Positions 1 to 10,164 of a stretch of DNA of 64,000 nucleotides are shown here, one piece after another (position 1 is the stretch's first letter; each line of letters begins with the position of its first letter). This DNA comes from an uncultured virus (IMG/VR IMGVR_UViG_3300011215_000001) (taxonomy: Duplodnaviria; Heunggongvirae; Uroviricota; Caudoviricetes). The notes beneath the pieces are model-generated. The model ran no database searches, had not been told where the DNA came from, and was given only the letters and a program-made list of their open reading frames with translations. Position numbers and translations under genes: made by a program. Location of the stretch: IMG/VR virus record IMGVR_UViG_3300011215_000001; one strand, 5' to 3'.

Positions 1-173
1 CTTTCACTAATATCAATTATTTCCTCAAGTTCCAGTACAAGCTTTTCTTTAGTCGTGCTAAAAATCTGAGAAAACAAGTATGAAACCCTTGATACATTTC
101 GATGGAATTCTTTCATGCCTACCAAATTATCTAATTGATAAATCTTAATGTTTGTAACATTCTCAACTGACAT
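1..173 (-). CDS. hypothetical protein (partial, runs off window)
   Basis: AAGGGG RBS then ATG at 173; frame open to window edge (MSVENVTNIKIYQLD...). Confidence 0.6.
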   Translation of the reverse strand, partial: MSVENVTNIKIYQLDNLVGMKEFHRNVSRVSYLFSQIFSTTKEKLVLELEEIIDISE

Positions 174-200
174 ATTCAAAGCATCCCCTTGTTAGCAGAA

Positions 201-530
201 TCAGTATTGTAAATTCAATATATTTTTAACATATCTTACCTTTACATACTTAATTATACCCTTTTCATCTCTATATACAAATACTTGACTACCTTTTTTA
301 GCATTCCCCTTTAAATGATTTTCGTCAAAGGTTGAAACAAAGCTATAATTTTCTGTACTGCTTGTGTAAACTTCACCACTAACTGACATTACTGTTTCCT
401 CTGTCCTGCTCAATGTGAAGCTATAATAGTAGATACTATTCACACCATACAAGGACAATAACAAAATTGAGCTTCTTAATAATGGCTTCCATTTTTCAAT
501 AACATCTTTTACAGTAATTTGATGTCTCAT
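201..530 (-). CDS. hypothetical membrane-anchored protein
   Basis: 109 aa ORF, AAAGGTG RBS, one N-terminal hydrophobic stretch. Confidence 0.7.
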   Translation of the reverse strand: MRHQITVKDVIEKWKPLLRSSILLLSLYGVNSIYYYSFTLSRTEETVMSVSGEVYTSSTENYSFVSTFDENHLKGNAKKGSQVFVYRDEKGIIKYVKVRYVKNILNLQY

Positions 531-542
531 GTTATCACCTTT

Positions 543-815
543 TTATTCAGCTTCTGCTCCAATTGTAAATTTAAAATTGGATGTACTTGTTCCATACACT
601 GTTTTAGCGAAAAATTCAGATGTAAAAGTAACACTTGCTTCAAAGTTTAACGAACAATCACCATCAACTTTATCAATAACCAACTGCATATCAATAGGAG
701 AAGCATTCATTGACTCGCAAGCTTCATGAACTCGTTGTGTTGCAATTTCTTCAATTTTCCCATAGATAATTTTTTCGCCTTCTGTTATATTGCGATTACT
801 TCCTACTAATTCCAT
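543..815 (-). CDS. hypothetical early protein
   Basis: 90 aa, GAAGGGAAG RBS, downstream of motif copy 841-867. Confidence 0.75.
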   Translation of the reverse strand: MELVGSNRNITEGEKIIYGKIEEIATQRVHEACESMNASPIDMQLVIDKVDGDCSLNFEASVTFTSEFFAKTVYGTSTSNFKFTIGAEAE

Positions 816-866
816 ATGTATGACTTCCCTTCAAAATTTAAGGTATGTATCTAAGTAAAAATCACA

Positions 867-1634
867 CTACAATGTGTAATTTTTACCTTCAATATTTTGA
901 CCAGTTCCTTTTATGTGTGGTTTAATCCAAATTTTCTTTCCAGATTTATATTTACGCCAATGTCCACGAACATTCCATGATTCAGCATGTCTTTCGTATT
1001 CTATTTTAGATTCTAAAACAGAAGGATTTTTTATTATTTTGTGCGTTCTTTTAACTATTTTTGTAAATCGAACAACATTTTTATTTTTACTTTTTTTACC
1101 ACTGTTCTTTATTTTTTTACCAACTTTTTCTATTTTTTCCTCAGTCTCAACATTGTTTGTACTGTTAATATATAGAACTAGTTGCATAAATGTTCTAATC
1201 ATTTGAGCTTTATTTTGCATGTGTGCATCTTGTGAATCTCGATTCAAAATATCATCTTCACTTAAGTTCCACATGCTTTGCAATTCTTTGCTTGCTACAT
1301 AATACAAGTAGCTTTCAAAGTTCCCATTATGGAAATAGATATGCTGTTCAACATCTGACTTATCCAATTGTCTAAGGACACCTTTTCTAACTTCTTTAAC
1401 TGTTGTGTTAGAAACCTTTGCAATCCTTTTCATTTCTTCAATTAGAGAATCGTCTTCAACTGATTTTCTGTAATCATCTAAATTTGTTTTTAAGACAATT
1501 ACGATTTCACTAAAAGGAACTACTACTTCCTCGTTAGCAATCATTTCGTCCGTTAAATTTTCTGTTACCCATTTTTCAAGAAACTTTACATCGTTATCAT
1601 CGATGATAAATTTATCTACTGATTTATTGTACAT
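867..1634 (-). CDS. hypothetical phage protein with basic C-terminal VRGHWR motif
   Basis: 255 aa, AAAGGAG RBS; C-terminus WNVRGHWRKYKSGKKIWIKPHIKG, a motif type seen in phage proteins. Confidence 0.8.
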   Translation of the reverse strand: MYNKSVDKFIIDDNDVKFLEKWVTENLTDEMIANEEVVVPFSEIVIVLKTNLDDYRKSVEDDSLIEEMKRIAKVSNTTVKEVRKGVLRQLDKSDVEQHIYFHNGNFESYLYYVASKELQSMWNLSEDDILNRDSQDAHMQNKAQMIRTFMQLVLYINSTNNVETEEKIEKVGKKIKNSGKKSKNKNVVRFTKIVKRTHKIIKNPSVLESKIEYERHAESWNVRGHWRKYKSGKKIWIKPHIKGTGQNIEGKNYTL

Positions 1635-1665
1635 TTTTTGTTCTCCTTTCGTTATTATGTAAGGT

Positions 1666-1696
1666 AAAAGAGTGTGCGAAAATCACACACTCTTTT
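1666..1696 (-). terminator. intrinsic terminator overlapping promoter motif
   Basis: AAAAGAGTGTG...CACACTCTTTT inverted repeat just after the stop of 1705..2187. Confidence 0.65.
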
Positions 1697-1704
1697 AGGA
1701 AGTT

Positions 1705-2187
1705 TTATTTTAAACCTACATATTCGCCTTCATTATTATATCTTGCAGGATTAGCAGCAGGTATATGAAAACCATGCATTGAACCACTTTGCATAGCTAT
1801 CTCTTGTGCTTTTGTAACGCCTAATTCAGCATTTAATTCATCAACAGTTTTATTGTCTGGGTTTTGTATAACGAAATATCCAGATACATTTAGTTTTACT
1901 TTAACTACAGTTTCATCTATTGGGTGGATGCAATAACACATTTGAGGCAATCCATCATGGAAATCCCCTTTTTGCAATAAATCTGGTTCTGGTTCAAGTT
2001 CAATAATTTTTTCTCCAGTTTCCAAATTATATTCCCCTTCAAGTCCCTCAATATTATCACGCATATCTCTAAGTTGAGTGTAAGTTTTTTCAAGTTCTTT
2101 CCCTAAAGAAGAACTTGGAATTTTATTAAATTCCTCAACCTCATCCATTAATTCATTCAACATATCAACTAATTTTTCAGTATTCAT
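1705..2187 (-). CDS. hypothetical protein, mobile-element-type C-terminal domain
   Basis: 160 aa, AGGGGG RBS; C-terminal LPQMCY...LGVTKAQEIAMQSGSM..F.IPAANP..Y. Confidence 0.8.
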   Translation of the reverse strand: MNTEKLVDMLNELMDEVEEFNKIPSSSLGKELEKTYTQLRDMRDNIEGLEGEYNLETGEKIIELEPEPDLLQKGDFHDGLPQMCYCIHPIDETVVKVKLNVSGYFVIQNPDNKTVDELNAELGVTKAQEIAMQSGSMHGFHIPAANPARYNNEGEYVGLK

Positions 2188-2203
2188 ATTGCTTCCCCCT
2201 TAA

Positions 2204-2491
2204 TTAATCTCTAAACATTTCATTGTAATCTTTTCTATGTTTGTACAAAATCTTGCTAGCATCTCTGATACTATATTGAACAGAAATCGTATTGAAAGGT
2301 GTTGAATCTTTTTTGATTTCTCTAAAATAAATATTATCAAATGACTTTGTGTCCTTAGAAAACTCTATATATTCCCCTTCATCAATTAAAATAAGCAAGG
2401 TATTATTTACATCGACTTTTCTTAAAATTGATTCAGCATCAGACATGTTTTTAATTGTTGTTAGACTAGATGGTACTAAAAAAATATTCAT
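2204..2491 (-). CDS. hypothetical early protein
   Basis: 95 aa, AAGGAGG RBS, motif upstream. Confidence 0.8.
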   Translation of the reverse strand: MNIFLVPSSLTTIKNMSDAESILRKVDVNNTLLILIDEGEYIEFSKDTKSFDNIYFREIKKDSTPFNTISVQYSIRDASKILYKHRKDYNEMFRD

Positions 2492-2553
2492 CTATTATTA
2501 ACCTCCTTCTATAAAATAAGGTATTTTTAAGTTATGAAATCACACATAAAAGA

Positions 2554-2838
2554 TTACTTTTTTATCCTGTTCTCAAAAATAGATTTAGCGTTTTCATAAC
2601 TTAAATCGTAATCTCCACTATTAAAGCCACTGTAAGAAGTTTTAAATTCCCCAGTATTATAAAGAGTCCACACAGCCCAATTTTTCTCTGGTACTATGCT
2701 ATTTTCCCCTTTTTCAGCCATCACAATTGCATTTTTATTTGAGTCAAACCCTATCTCAATTGATTCAAGATTCATTCTTTCTTTAATCTGTGAAATAGTG
2801 TTAGTTATTTTTTGAAGTTCTTCAAAATTCAGTGTCAT
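2554..2838 (-). CDS. hypothetical early protein
   Basis: 94 aa, GCAGGT RBS. Confidence 0.7.
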   Translation of the reverse strand: MTLNFEELQKITNTISQIKERMNLESIEIGFDSNKNAIVMAEKGENSIVPEKNWAVWTLYNTGEFKTSYSGFNSGDYDLSYENAKSIFENRIKK

Positions 2839-2867
2839 AAATTTACCTGCTTTCTAGCTTATAGAAA

Positions 2868-3443
2868 CTATTTTATCATATCTACTAGTGTCTTAAGCCT
2901 ATTATTTTTGTGTAAAATATTTCTTTTTACACTACTCAGACTATAAATATTTGAGCGATAATCTAAAGTTTCGTTTTTTAAAACATCCTGTACGGTGTAA
3001 GTGAATACATCTCCACTTACAAATGAATTAAAGTCCTCAATTTCTGCTATCATATCCTCCCTAGCTCGTTCAAGCATATTTTTTGTGACTCGTTTCACTT
3101 CGTAACTTTGACGTATCTTCTCTTTGGTGGTAAATATCCAACCTATTTGAATGCTCCCCTGCTTAAATTCAAAAGTTGCAATACCCATGATAATCCCAGA
3201 CTGTTCATATATGTAAACAGGCAGTGAAAGAATCGATTCCCCTTGTGATACTTTTTTTAAAATATCTGTTTTCGTATTGAAATCATCATCGTCAACATTT
3301 ACATCTCCAAGATTATAAACTCTATGCCATGCAACAATTACCCCCACATGATTGTCATAGTATGTACGTGGTGACTCTGCATTTTCATCATAGTCTACAG
3401 TAACTTTAATATTTTCAACTTCAACAACAGTATAGTTTGTCAT
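2868..3443 (-). CDS. hypothetical protein (mobile-element family)
   Basis: start revised to MTNYT at 3443 after AAAGGATGG RBS; DYDENAESPR, LPVYIYEQSGI, QIGWIF motifs. Confidence 0.8.
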   Translation of the reverse strand: MTNYTVVEVENIKVTVDYDENAESPRTYYDNHVGVIVAWHRVYNLGDVNVDDDDFNTKTDILKKVSQGESILSLPVYIYEQSGIIMGIATFEFKQGSIQIGWIFTTKEKIRQSYEVKRVTKNMLERAREDMIAEIEDFNSFVSGDVFTYTVQDVLKNETLDYRSNIYSLSSVKRNILHKNNRLKTLVDMIK

Positions 3444-3525
3444 TATATACCATCCTTTATTATGTATTTCATCTTTGCAAAGATTAAGGTATGTACGACT
3501 CCAAGAATCACACATACCTTTGTAA

Positions 3526-3963
3526 TTAATTTCTTATAACTTTAAAGTTTTCATGTTTGAAAGGCTTGTTGCATTGTGCCTCATTAAATCCAAACGCTTT
3601 CAATACATCATGGCAACCTCTAGTACCTTCTCCATAGAATCCACCAGAAACACCATAGAAAACTATTGTGTAGCCCTCATGTGTTTTTACTGTAAGTTTG
3701 TAGCTATTTTTTTGGTAAATCATTTCAGCAGATTTTCCATTTAAGAATAAAAGTTTCTCTAATTGCTCTAAGAATTTAATATCATATCTTGTGATACCAG
3801 ATGTATTGAAAGTCATGTAAGCTTGAGAGTTTATATGTTTAACTCCACGCTCTAAATCTTTTTTCAAAGTTTTTAACTTAATACCTTCTCTTGAAGTGCT
3901 ACTGAAACTATACAAGTAGTAATATTTATTTTTTAAAATTGGTCTTTTCAATCTTTCCACCAC
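3526..3963 (-). CDS. hypothetical early protein
   Basis: up to 145 aa; SGGFYGEGTRG motif; true start uncertain. Confidence 0.75.
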   Translation of the reverse strand: MVERLKRPILKNKYYYLYSFSSTSREGIKLKTLKKDLERGVKHINSQAYMTFNTSGITRYDIKFLEQLEKLLFLNGKSAEMIYQKNSYKLTVKTHEGYTIVFYGVSGGFYGEGTRGCHDVLKAFGFNEAQCNKPFKHENFKVIRN

Positions 3964-4048
3964 CCTCTATGTATTAAGGTAAGTGTGTGAAACAATATCA
4001 CACACTCTTTTTCAAAAAGTTTATATTTCCTTGGAAATAACTTGATTA

Positions 4049-4411
4049 TTACCTCAAATATCCAACATGTTTTGTATCAACAGTGTCGTCTTCTTCATTA
4101 AATTTTGTTTCATGAAGTGGCATATTTCTTCCTTCAACAAACCATTTCGGAAGTGGGTAATCTGTTTTCGTTCTATCTATTTTTTCTTCACTACAATAAA
4201 CTTCTTCCCAACCATTTCCGTTATCTTGGAATTCTTTAAAAGTAATTCCATCACCATGATTGTAAGTTCTATCATCATTTTTTGTTGAATCAGTATAGAT
4301 AGTTACTCTTTGTTCTGGATATTCTTCAACAAATTTTTTCCCACCACTTACAATGCCACTATCAATTTGAACTCCATTTTTGTAAATCTTAGCGATAATC
4401 ATTCTCATCAT
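4049..4411 (-). CDS. hypothetical early protein
   Basis: GGAAGGA RBS, motif at 4427-4453; start at one of three clustered ATGs (4411, 4408, 4402). Confidence 0.75.
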   Translation of the reverse strand: MMRMIIAKIYKNGVQIDSGIVSGGKKFVEEYPEQRVTIYTDSTKNDDRTYNHGDGITFKEFQDNGNGWEEVYCSEEKIDRTKTDYPLPKWFVEGRNMPLHETKFNEEDDTVDTKHVGYLR

Positions 4412-4455
4412 TCCTTCCAATGTTTAAGGTATTTTAGAGTTAATAAATCACACAA

Positions 4456-4686
4456 TTATTTTTCTTCATAAAATCTTTCTAACATTTCCATTGCAATATG
4501 ATATTTAACACTTCCTAATGGGACAGTTCCAACATGATTACTTTTGTTTTCATGAAACAATTCACTTTGAAGTTTTCTAACTAAAGAATCTTTTTGTAAA
4601 GAACCTGCTTTCAATTCTTTATAAGCTTCTTTTAATTTTGCATCTGGTAAGTTTTTTATAACGTTATAAGTTCTTCCTTTTTTCAT
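4456..4686 (-). CDS. hypothetical early protein
   Basis: start revised to MKKGRTY after GGAGGA RBS. Confidence 0.75.
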   Translation of the reverse strand: MKKGRTYNVIKNLPDAKLKEAYKELKAGSLQKDSLVRKLQSELFHENKSNHVGTVPLGSVKYHIAMEMLERFYEEK

Positions 4687-4779
4687 TAGAAGTTCCTCCA
4701 ATGGTAAATAGTTCTTGTATTTATATAAGGTATTTGAGCATGGAAGAATCACACACTCAAATAAATAATTTTAAATAAT

Positions 4780-4974
4780 CTATTTACCTAGTTTATTGAA
4801 AGATTTAACTGCATCTTCCTTTTCCTCGAAATAATCAATCTCATCATAGTTCTGGACACCAAATTTATTAACGACTTTATCGAAAACTAACCTAATTTCA
4901 TTGTTCTTTCCTTCTTTAGAGTCAAGAACTTCAAACCGTTCTTTGTATGGCATACCTGCAAGAATGTAAGGCAT
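4780..4974 (-). CDS. hypothetical early protein
   Basis: 64 aa with GGGGAGGGG RBS. Confidence 0.7.
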   Translation of the reverse strand: MPYILAGMPYKERFEVLDSKEGKNNEIRLVFDKVVNKFGVQNYDEIDYFEEKEDAVKSFNKLGK

Positions 4975-5346
4975 AACTATCCCCTCCCCCCTTTCTCTAA
5001 TCTAAACTCTTTTACAAAACATCTTTGTTAAATTCTTTAAGAGTTGAGAATATTTTACTAGATTCTAGTGTTTTCTTCCATATCCCTTCTATAACTAAAG
5101 GTAGTTAACTAATGAAAAAACACACTTTTTTTTGATTTTTTTCCATCTTGGAACTAGTTAAAATATTATTTAAATTTATCCAAAAGAATTTTCCGTTAAA
5201 AAAGTTCTGCTTTTATTTAGCATTAGTAAAAAGACATCACGAACCAAAACCATTATTTATTTACATTTTGCTGAAATTCTAAATTTCAACACCAGTAATT
5301 TACTATAGTTTTAGTTCGTTATTTATAAATGAAAGATAGATTTTAT

Positions 5347-5823
5347 TTAGAGATTATATTTTTCTTTGTGATGCTCGTTAGCATATCCAAATGGGATATC
5401 AAACCATATTTTGTTATCAATCTGGCTACGGAATTCTGTTACATTTTGTTTGAATTCATAGCCCATTAACCACTTTAAAGAGATTGGATTTTTTAATACA
5501 TACAAATCGCTCTCATGACTATCAATTTCATTTTCCTCCATGCCTAAATCCAACAACTGCTCTTTAATTGTTTTCACAACCATTTTACTTTCATAGTTTA
5601 ATATTCCTTCCCATGATAACCATTCTGGCTTTTCATCATCTGCAAAGCTATTCCAAAGCTTTTTCATGACTTCAATCTGTTCCTTTTCGTTTTCAGCCCA
5701 TAAAGCATTTCTACTTCTGTTACCATTACCTAAATAATAATCACAATCACCTTGCATACGATTCAGTAATTGATACCTAAACTTTTCATCTGCTTTAAAA
5801 ATATCATATCCTGCCATTTTCAT
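5347..5823 (-). CDS. LPD11-like (large polyvalent protein-associated) domain protein, two domains
   Basis: FRYQLLNRMQGDCDYYLGNGNRS..LWA...EQIEVMKKLWNSF..DEKPEWL matches the LPD11 pattern as recalled; second domain IDSHESDLYV...WFDIPFGY. Confidence 0.75.
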   Translation of the reverse strand: MKMAGYDIFKADEKFRYQLLNRMQGDCDYYLGNGNRSRNALWAENEKEQIEVMKKLWNSFADDEKPEWLSWEGILNYESKMVVKTIKEQLLDLGMEENEIDSHESDLYVLKNPISLKWLMGYEFKQNVTEFRSQIDNKIWFDIPFGYANEHHKEKYNL

Positions 5824-5983
5824 TCGCTCCCTTTTTGAATGTCCATTCATTTTTTATCTTCAAATATTAAGGTATATTTGGTTGTGATAATCACACATTA
5901 GATTGTTTAATTTTATAACAAATGTTTATTATCTACATTTTAAATCATTATAACATCACTTTCTATGAAAATAAGCATGGTGC

Positions 5984-6457
5984 TTATTTCACAATTTCAT
6001 ACAAAGAAATCCAATGGGCTTCTTGATGGTCATATTCAACCTCATCAATACCTAACAAAATACCTAATTCATCACATTTGTAAATTTGGAAACCACAATT
6101 AGAAACTTCCTTTAGGTTATCAAGAATCCATTCTGAAATTGATAAAGGTTTCATATAAATTTTACTACATGGTGAATCATATGGAATTTCATCCATATCC
6201 TCTATTTCTTCAATAACTGCATAACTATCTTCATCTTCAATTAAACATGTAGGACAAAGTTTTTCACCATTTGAATCTTCTTCAATATCATCAACTTCTT
6301 CTTGAGAAAATTCTTCACTACAATTATTGCACTCAAATTTTGTTGTTGCAGGTGTTAGGACTTCAAGCCCTTCAAAGTTAGGATATAAACTTTCAACTAT
6401 TGATTGAGGTATCGATTTAAATTCTTTTTGAATCCATAAATCAATAACATTGTTCAT
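5984..6457 (-). CDS. acidic zinc-ribbon protein
   Basis: 157 aa, GGAGG RBS, CNNC...CPTC, very acidic. Confidence 0.8.
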   Translation of the reverse strand: MNNVIDLWIQKEFKSIPQSIVESLYPNFEGLEVLTPATTKFECNNCSEEFSQEEVDDIEEDSNGEKLCPTCLIEDEDSYAVIEEIEDMDEIPYDSPCSKIYMKPLSISEWILDNLKEVSNCGFQIYKCDELGILLGIDEVEYDHQEAHWISLYEIVK

Positions 6458-6584
6458 GTTTTTTCCTCCATTTATAATTTATGTAGTTTTTTCTATCTAT
6501 TATTAAAGGTAATCAATATATTGAAAGTCACACAATTAATTTATATTTTATCATTCCTTTCATACTTTATCATTTTTTCTCAAT

Positions 6585-6620
6585 TCAAAAAAGCATGTGA
6601 GGTTTCACATGCTTTTGAAA
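6585..6620. terminator. bidirectional intrinsic terminator
   Basis: AAAAGCATGTGA-GGTT-TCACATGCTTTT palindrome. Confidence 0.7.
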
Positions 6621-6990
6621 AAACAATATAGAATTTCACTTAATGTAACATAAGGTTACAAACGCCCAAGTTTGAAAATATTTACAAATAAGTATTTAAG
6701 AACAAAAAAGTTGTTCAAATGATGTGTTAAGAAGGTAATTAAAAAACTCCAATTATTAGGATTAAGAACATAGTGAACATGCGTTTGTTTTAATTAAAAT
6801 TTATAATTCCTATCTTTAATGAAAAAGTAGCAGTTTGACAGTCTGCAATTTCTTAACACATCATTTCAACATCTTTTAGAAATAGCCCCTCTAGCCTTTT
6901 GTTTCCCGACTCAACTAGAAGGACTACAATGAAAGTGAATTACTAAAACAAATTTTTAATAGTTTTGAAAATACTTTATTAATCATTTGC
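6590..6990 (-). ncRNA. candidate ~400 nt sRNA
   Basis: sigmaA-like TTGCAA-N17-TACAAT (7026-6998), no substantial ORF seen, 28 bp long-range stem 6706-6733/6850-6877, ends at terminator 6585-6620. Confidence 0.45.
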
Positions 6991-7029
6991 TTATGCTATT
7001 GTACTACCTAGATTTATATTTTGCAATAC

Positions 7030-7449
7030 TTATCCATAAACAACTTTTCCGAATAATGCATATTGAATAATGCAGTCTGCTGTTGTTGCATCTCCATATT
7101 CTAAATTGCTATCATGTGGACGGTGCAAGGCATTCAAACTAAAGCCATTTACAAGCTTTTCTAGCGTTAGTTCCCAGATTTCATCTGTTTCCTTTTCGCT
7201 GTCAGAAAAACGGATTGTCTTGCCATCTAACAGCATCTGAGTAGCCAAATCGCTCATGAATGATGATTCTGGTCTATCCTTCTTGAATTCTTCATCATCA
7301 TTATGGAAAGTAGCCCAGTAACCAATGCCACCTTCTAATCCATTACAAATAATAGTATTAATGTCCTTTGCTGTAAGTGGAATTTCTACCTTTGCTGTTC
7401 CTACTACTTTTTCTCTATTGAATTTCATCATAACTTTTTCAACTGCCAT
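7030..7449 (-). CDS. hypothetical early protein
   Basis: 139 aa, GAAGGGA RBS; GLEGGIGYWA and DATTADCIIQYALFGKVVYG motifs. Confidence 0.85.
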   Translation of the reverse strand: MAVEKVMMKFNREKVVGTAKVEIPLTAKDINTIICNGLEGGIGYWATFHNDDEEFKKDRPESSFMSDLATQMLLDGKTIRFSDSEKETDEIWELTLEKLVNGFSLNALHRPHDSNLEYGDATTADCIIQYALFGKVVYG

Positions 7450-7520
7450 TTGTCATCATCCCTTCTTGTTTATGTAGGTATCTGAGACATTTTAATTCAC
7501 ACAAATATTTTTGTGAGCTT

Positions 7521-7607
7521 TTAAGAATGCTCAAATGACACACTAATGATACTATAAATTGAATGGGGATTCTAATTTTATTTTAGTATGTCATTTCAAC
7601 TTCTTAA
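7521..7607 (-). repeat. conserved hairpin element (G.G mismatch family)
   Basis: TTAAGAATGCTCAAATGACA...TGTCATTTCAACTTCTTAA; similar to 8665-8717 and 6706-6877. Confidence 0.6.
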
Positions 7608-7657
7608 TTGTGAGGTAAATGTGTAACACAAATTCACACATTTACCTCACGAATATT

Positions 7658-8005
7658 TTATCTGCTTAATGCATCATATTCTTCTTGCGTTTCCTGCCTG
7701 TCATGAATTGCTAAAGGATACTTCGATATTTTAGAAAATCTCGAATCAGATGTACTCGCATAACTGCCACCAGACATATAGCCTATGCTTGTTGCATTTT
7801 TGTAAGGCTCGATATGTTTATATTCTCCATCAGCTAGATTTCTTATAACAAGTTTAACCAAATTTTCAGGAGGATTATTTTCATCGATATCAACAAATCC
7901 TTCTTCGTGAATTAATAATAATTTATCAAATTTTTCTGACACTCCATTATTAGAGCATCCTTTAAGTGATTCATTCTTGAATACATAGAGTGGTAATGCT
8001 TTCAT
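7658..8005 (-). CDS. hypothetical early protein
   Basis: start revised to MKALPLY; GCSNNGVS and GYMSGGSYASTSDSRF...PLAIHDRQE motifs. Confidence 0.85.
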   Translation of the reverse strand: MKALPLYVFKNESLKGCSNNGVSEKFDKLLLIHEEGFVDIDENNPPENLVKLVIRNLADGEYKHIEPYKNATSIGYMSGGSYASTSDSRFSKISKYPLAIHDRQETQEEYDALSR

Positions 8006-8090
8006 TGCTTCTCTTCCCTTCGAGTTTGTTTTAAGCTTGCTAAGTATTAAATTAGGTGTGCAATTGTGAATCACACACCTAATTTTATTT

Positions 8091-8624
8091 CTACAGTTTT
8101 ACATTATAGAAGTTTGAAACCTTTCTTAATGCTTCTCTTTCCGCACTGTTTAAAGAATTCAGTATATCTTTAACCTGTTTCTCAATCCCCATTAGCTGTT
8201 GTCGATATTCTTCTATTTTTTCATCAGAAAAATTATACGCTTGACTTTTCCCCTCAAGGATTGCAATTTGCTCTTCAATTAATGCAATTGTTTTTTCAGA
8301 GTCTAGTCGTTTTTCGTCTTCATGATAAACGAACCTAACGAAATGATTTGTTACATCTGGGTAAGCCCAATAAGAATCGTTATTTCTTCCACTTGTATAT
8401 TTTTCTGGACTGTTATTTGACCAGAATTTTAAACCATGTTTTTCAGCGTAGTCCCTACCCAGATACACACGAATTCCATTTTCTTGTAAGGCTTTTTCAA
8501 GTCTTACATTTACTACTCGATTTTCAAACTTGCGAATAGTAACAAAAGATTTTTTCATCCCATCGATAATTTCTTGAATTGCGTTTCTAGTTGCTAGGTT
8601 TAATGCTTGATTTTGACTTGTCAT
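8091..8624 (-). CDS. hypothetical early protein
   Basis: 177 aa, AAAGGTGG RBS. Confidence 0.8.
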   Translation of the reverse strand: MTSQNQALNLATRNAIQEIIDGMKKSFVTIRKFENRVVNVRLEKALQENGIRVYLGRDYAEKHGLKFWSNNSPEKYTSGRNNDSYWAYPDVTNHFVRFVYHEDEKRLDSEKTIALIEEQIAILEGKSQAYNFSDEKIEEYRQQLMGIEKQVKDILNSLNSAEREALRKVSNFYNVKL

Positions 8625-8664
8625 ATTTAAAAACCACCTTTATTATTTTAATATTTGTTACATC

Positions 8665-8717
8665 TTAAGATGTTCAAATCAGCTATTAAACTTTAATAAT
8701 TGATTTCAGCATCTTAA
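8665..8717 (-). repeat. conserved hairpin element (G.G mismatch family)
   Basis: TTAAGATGTTCAAATCA...TGATTTCAGCATCTTAA. Confidence 0.6.
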
Positions 8718-8768
8718 TTTTTAAGGTAGTTGTGTGAGAAATAATCCCACACAACTTTTTATTTAGTA

Positions 8769-8945
8769 TTAGATAGGTTGGTAAATATTGAGTCCCATTT
8801 TTATATTACCTATTCCAATTGCCTTATTGCCTAATGAACTTGCAATTACTGTTGATTTACCAGACTTCGAAGCTCCAAAGTTTTTATCTAAATCAACTTC
8901 AATAATAAGTTTGTTGTTCTCAATTTTAGTAGTAACGTTTTGCAT
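8769..8945 (-). CDS. small hypothetical protein (58 aa, missed by ORF track)
   Basis: AAAGGTGG RBS; MQNVTTKIENNKLIIEVDLDKNFGASKSGKSTVIASSLGN... Confidence 0.8.
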   Translation of the reverse strand: MQNVTTKIENNKLIIEVDLDKNFGASKSGKSTVIASSLGNKAIGIGNIKMGLNIYQPI

Positions 8946-9028
8946 AATTTATTCCACCTTTTCAGTATTTTATTTAGTATTCGTTATGTAATTAGGTAAA
9001 TGTGTGATGTCATTTCACACATTTACTT

Positions 9029-9247
9029 TTATGATTTCCCTGCAACACTTGTTATACTAGTTGTGTCTATTTCTATTACATCCCCATTGTAGTATTCAAG
9101 TAACGTTTTTCCCCAATTGTTTGGGCTTGGACAAACAATAACATTATGATATGTTTTATCCTTTGTTACAACGGTACAATAGCCTCCCCAACTTGTAAAT
9201 TGCTTTGCCACGCTCAACACTCCTATTCTTTTTTTGATGAGCTCCAA
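9029..9247 (-). CDS. hypothetical protein
   Basis: 72 aa ORF; real start probably further in, after AGGAG near 9225. Confidence 0.6.
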   Translation of the reverse strand: MELIKKRIGVLSVAKQFTSWGGYCTVVTKDKTYHNVIVCPSPNNWGKTLLEYYNGDVIEIDTTSITSVAGKS

Positions 9248-9672
9248 GAGCCTTTGTCGCCATTGTTGTGTATCAATAATTCATTTGGCTTGTAGTCTGG
9301 GAAAAATGTTTTTATATGCATGTATGCCAAATGATGTTCAATTGGTTGACTATTTGTTCTATCAATCACCATATTGTCATTAACATTTCTACTAACTCCA
9401 TCTTTACTATAACAATTTCTAAAGTAATTATAGCAAGTATGTTCCCATTCCTCTGTTAATTCCCCTTTATGTAGAGCCAATAATTTTTCTACTTCTGCTT
9501 TTACAGATGCAGGAACGTAATCACATGTTAATGCATGTCTAAGACTCATATCGCCAACAGTATAACGAGTTGAAACCTTTCTTTCTTTGACATGAAACTT
9601 ATGCTCTGCATCGTTAGGAGGATTAAGCATTGCCCCCATGCCATCTTTTACAATAATGAATTCTGTTTTCAT
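9223..9672 (-). CDS. hypothetical early protein
   Basis: 149 aa, AGGAGTG RBS, motif upstream. Confidence 0.8.
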   Translation of the reverse strand: MKTEFIIVKDGMGAMLNPPNDAEHKFHVKERKVSTRYTVGDMSLRHALTCDYVPASVKAEVEKLLALHKGELTEEWEHTCYNYFRNCYSKDGVSRNVNDNMVIDRTNSQPIEHHLAYMHIKTFFPDYKPNELLIHNNGDKGSWSSSKKE

Positions 9673-9783
9673 TTTTCAACACTCCTATTTAATTAGTAAG
9701 GTTGTTTAGTGGTGCGATATCACACATTTATTTTAGCAACCTATGAAGCAACTAAATTTTTAGTTGCTTTTAGATTTCTAAAA

Positions 9784-10164
9784 TCAGTCTTTTTTTGGGA
9801 AGAAAGCCAATGTAATAAGTCCATGTTCAGATTTGAATATCAAATCATACCATTCTGCATTGCTTACAAAGAATTTTATTTCAGTTACATGATTTAATAC
9901 TATGACACTGCCATTGATGTAAATTTGATTGACTCCATCATGAGAAATAAATTTTGTATCTGGGTATGTAACATTGCAAAGCTTTTCAACAACAGCGTGA
10001 CCACGTACCATATGAGAGCCATTATCAACAATTGCTTTAACAATTTTTATTGCTGTTTTAGTGTCAATTGTTATTCCGTCCTCACTAAGCGTTCTTGTGA
10101 TAGATTGCATGTTTACAGCTTCTAAAATATTGATTGTTGTTTGCATTTCTGACATGTATATCAT
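9784..10164 (-). CDS. hypothetical early protein
   Basis: 126 aa, AAAGGA RBS, motif upstream. Confidence 0.75.
   Translation of the reverse strand: MIYMSEMQTTINILEAVNMQSITRTLSEDGITIDTKTAIKIVKAIVDNGSHMVRGHAVVEKLCNVTYPDTKFISHDGVNQIYINGSVIVLNHVTEIKFFVSNAEWYDLIFKSEHGLITLAFFPKKD

Noticed and set aside
8054..8076. 25th promoter motif copy
   Set aside because: AGGTG to TCACAC spacer is 12 nt, not 16; kept only as a hairpin
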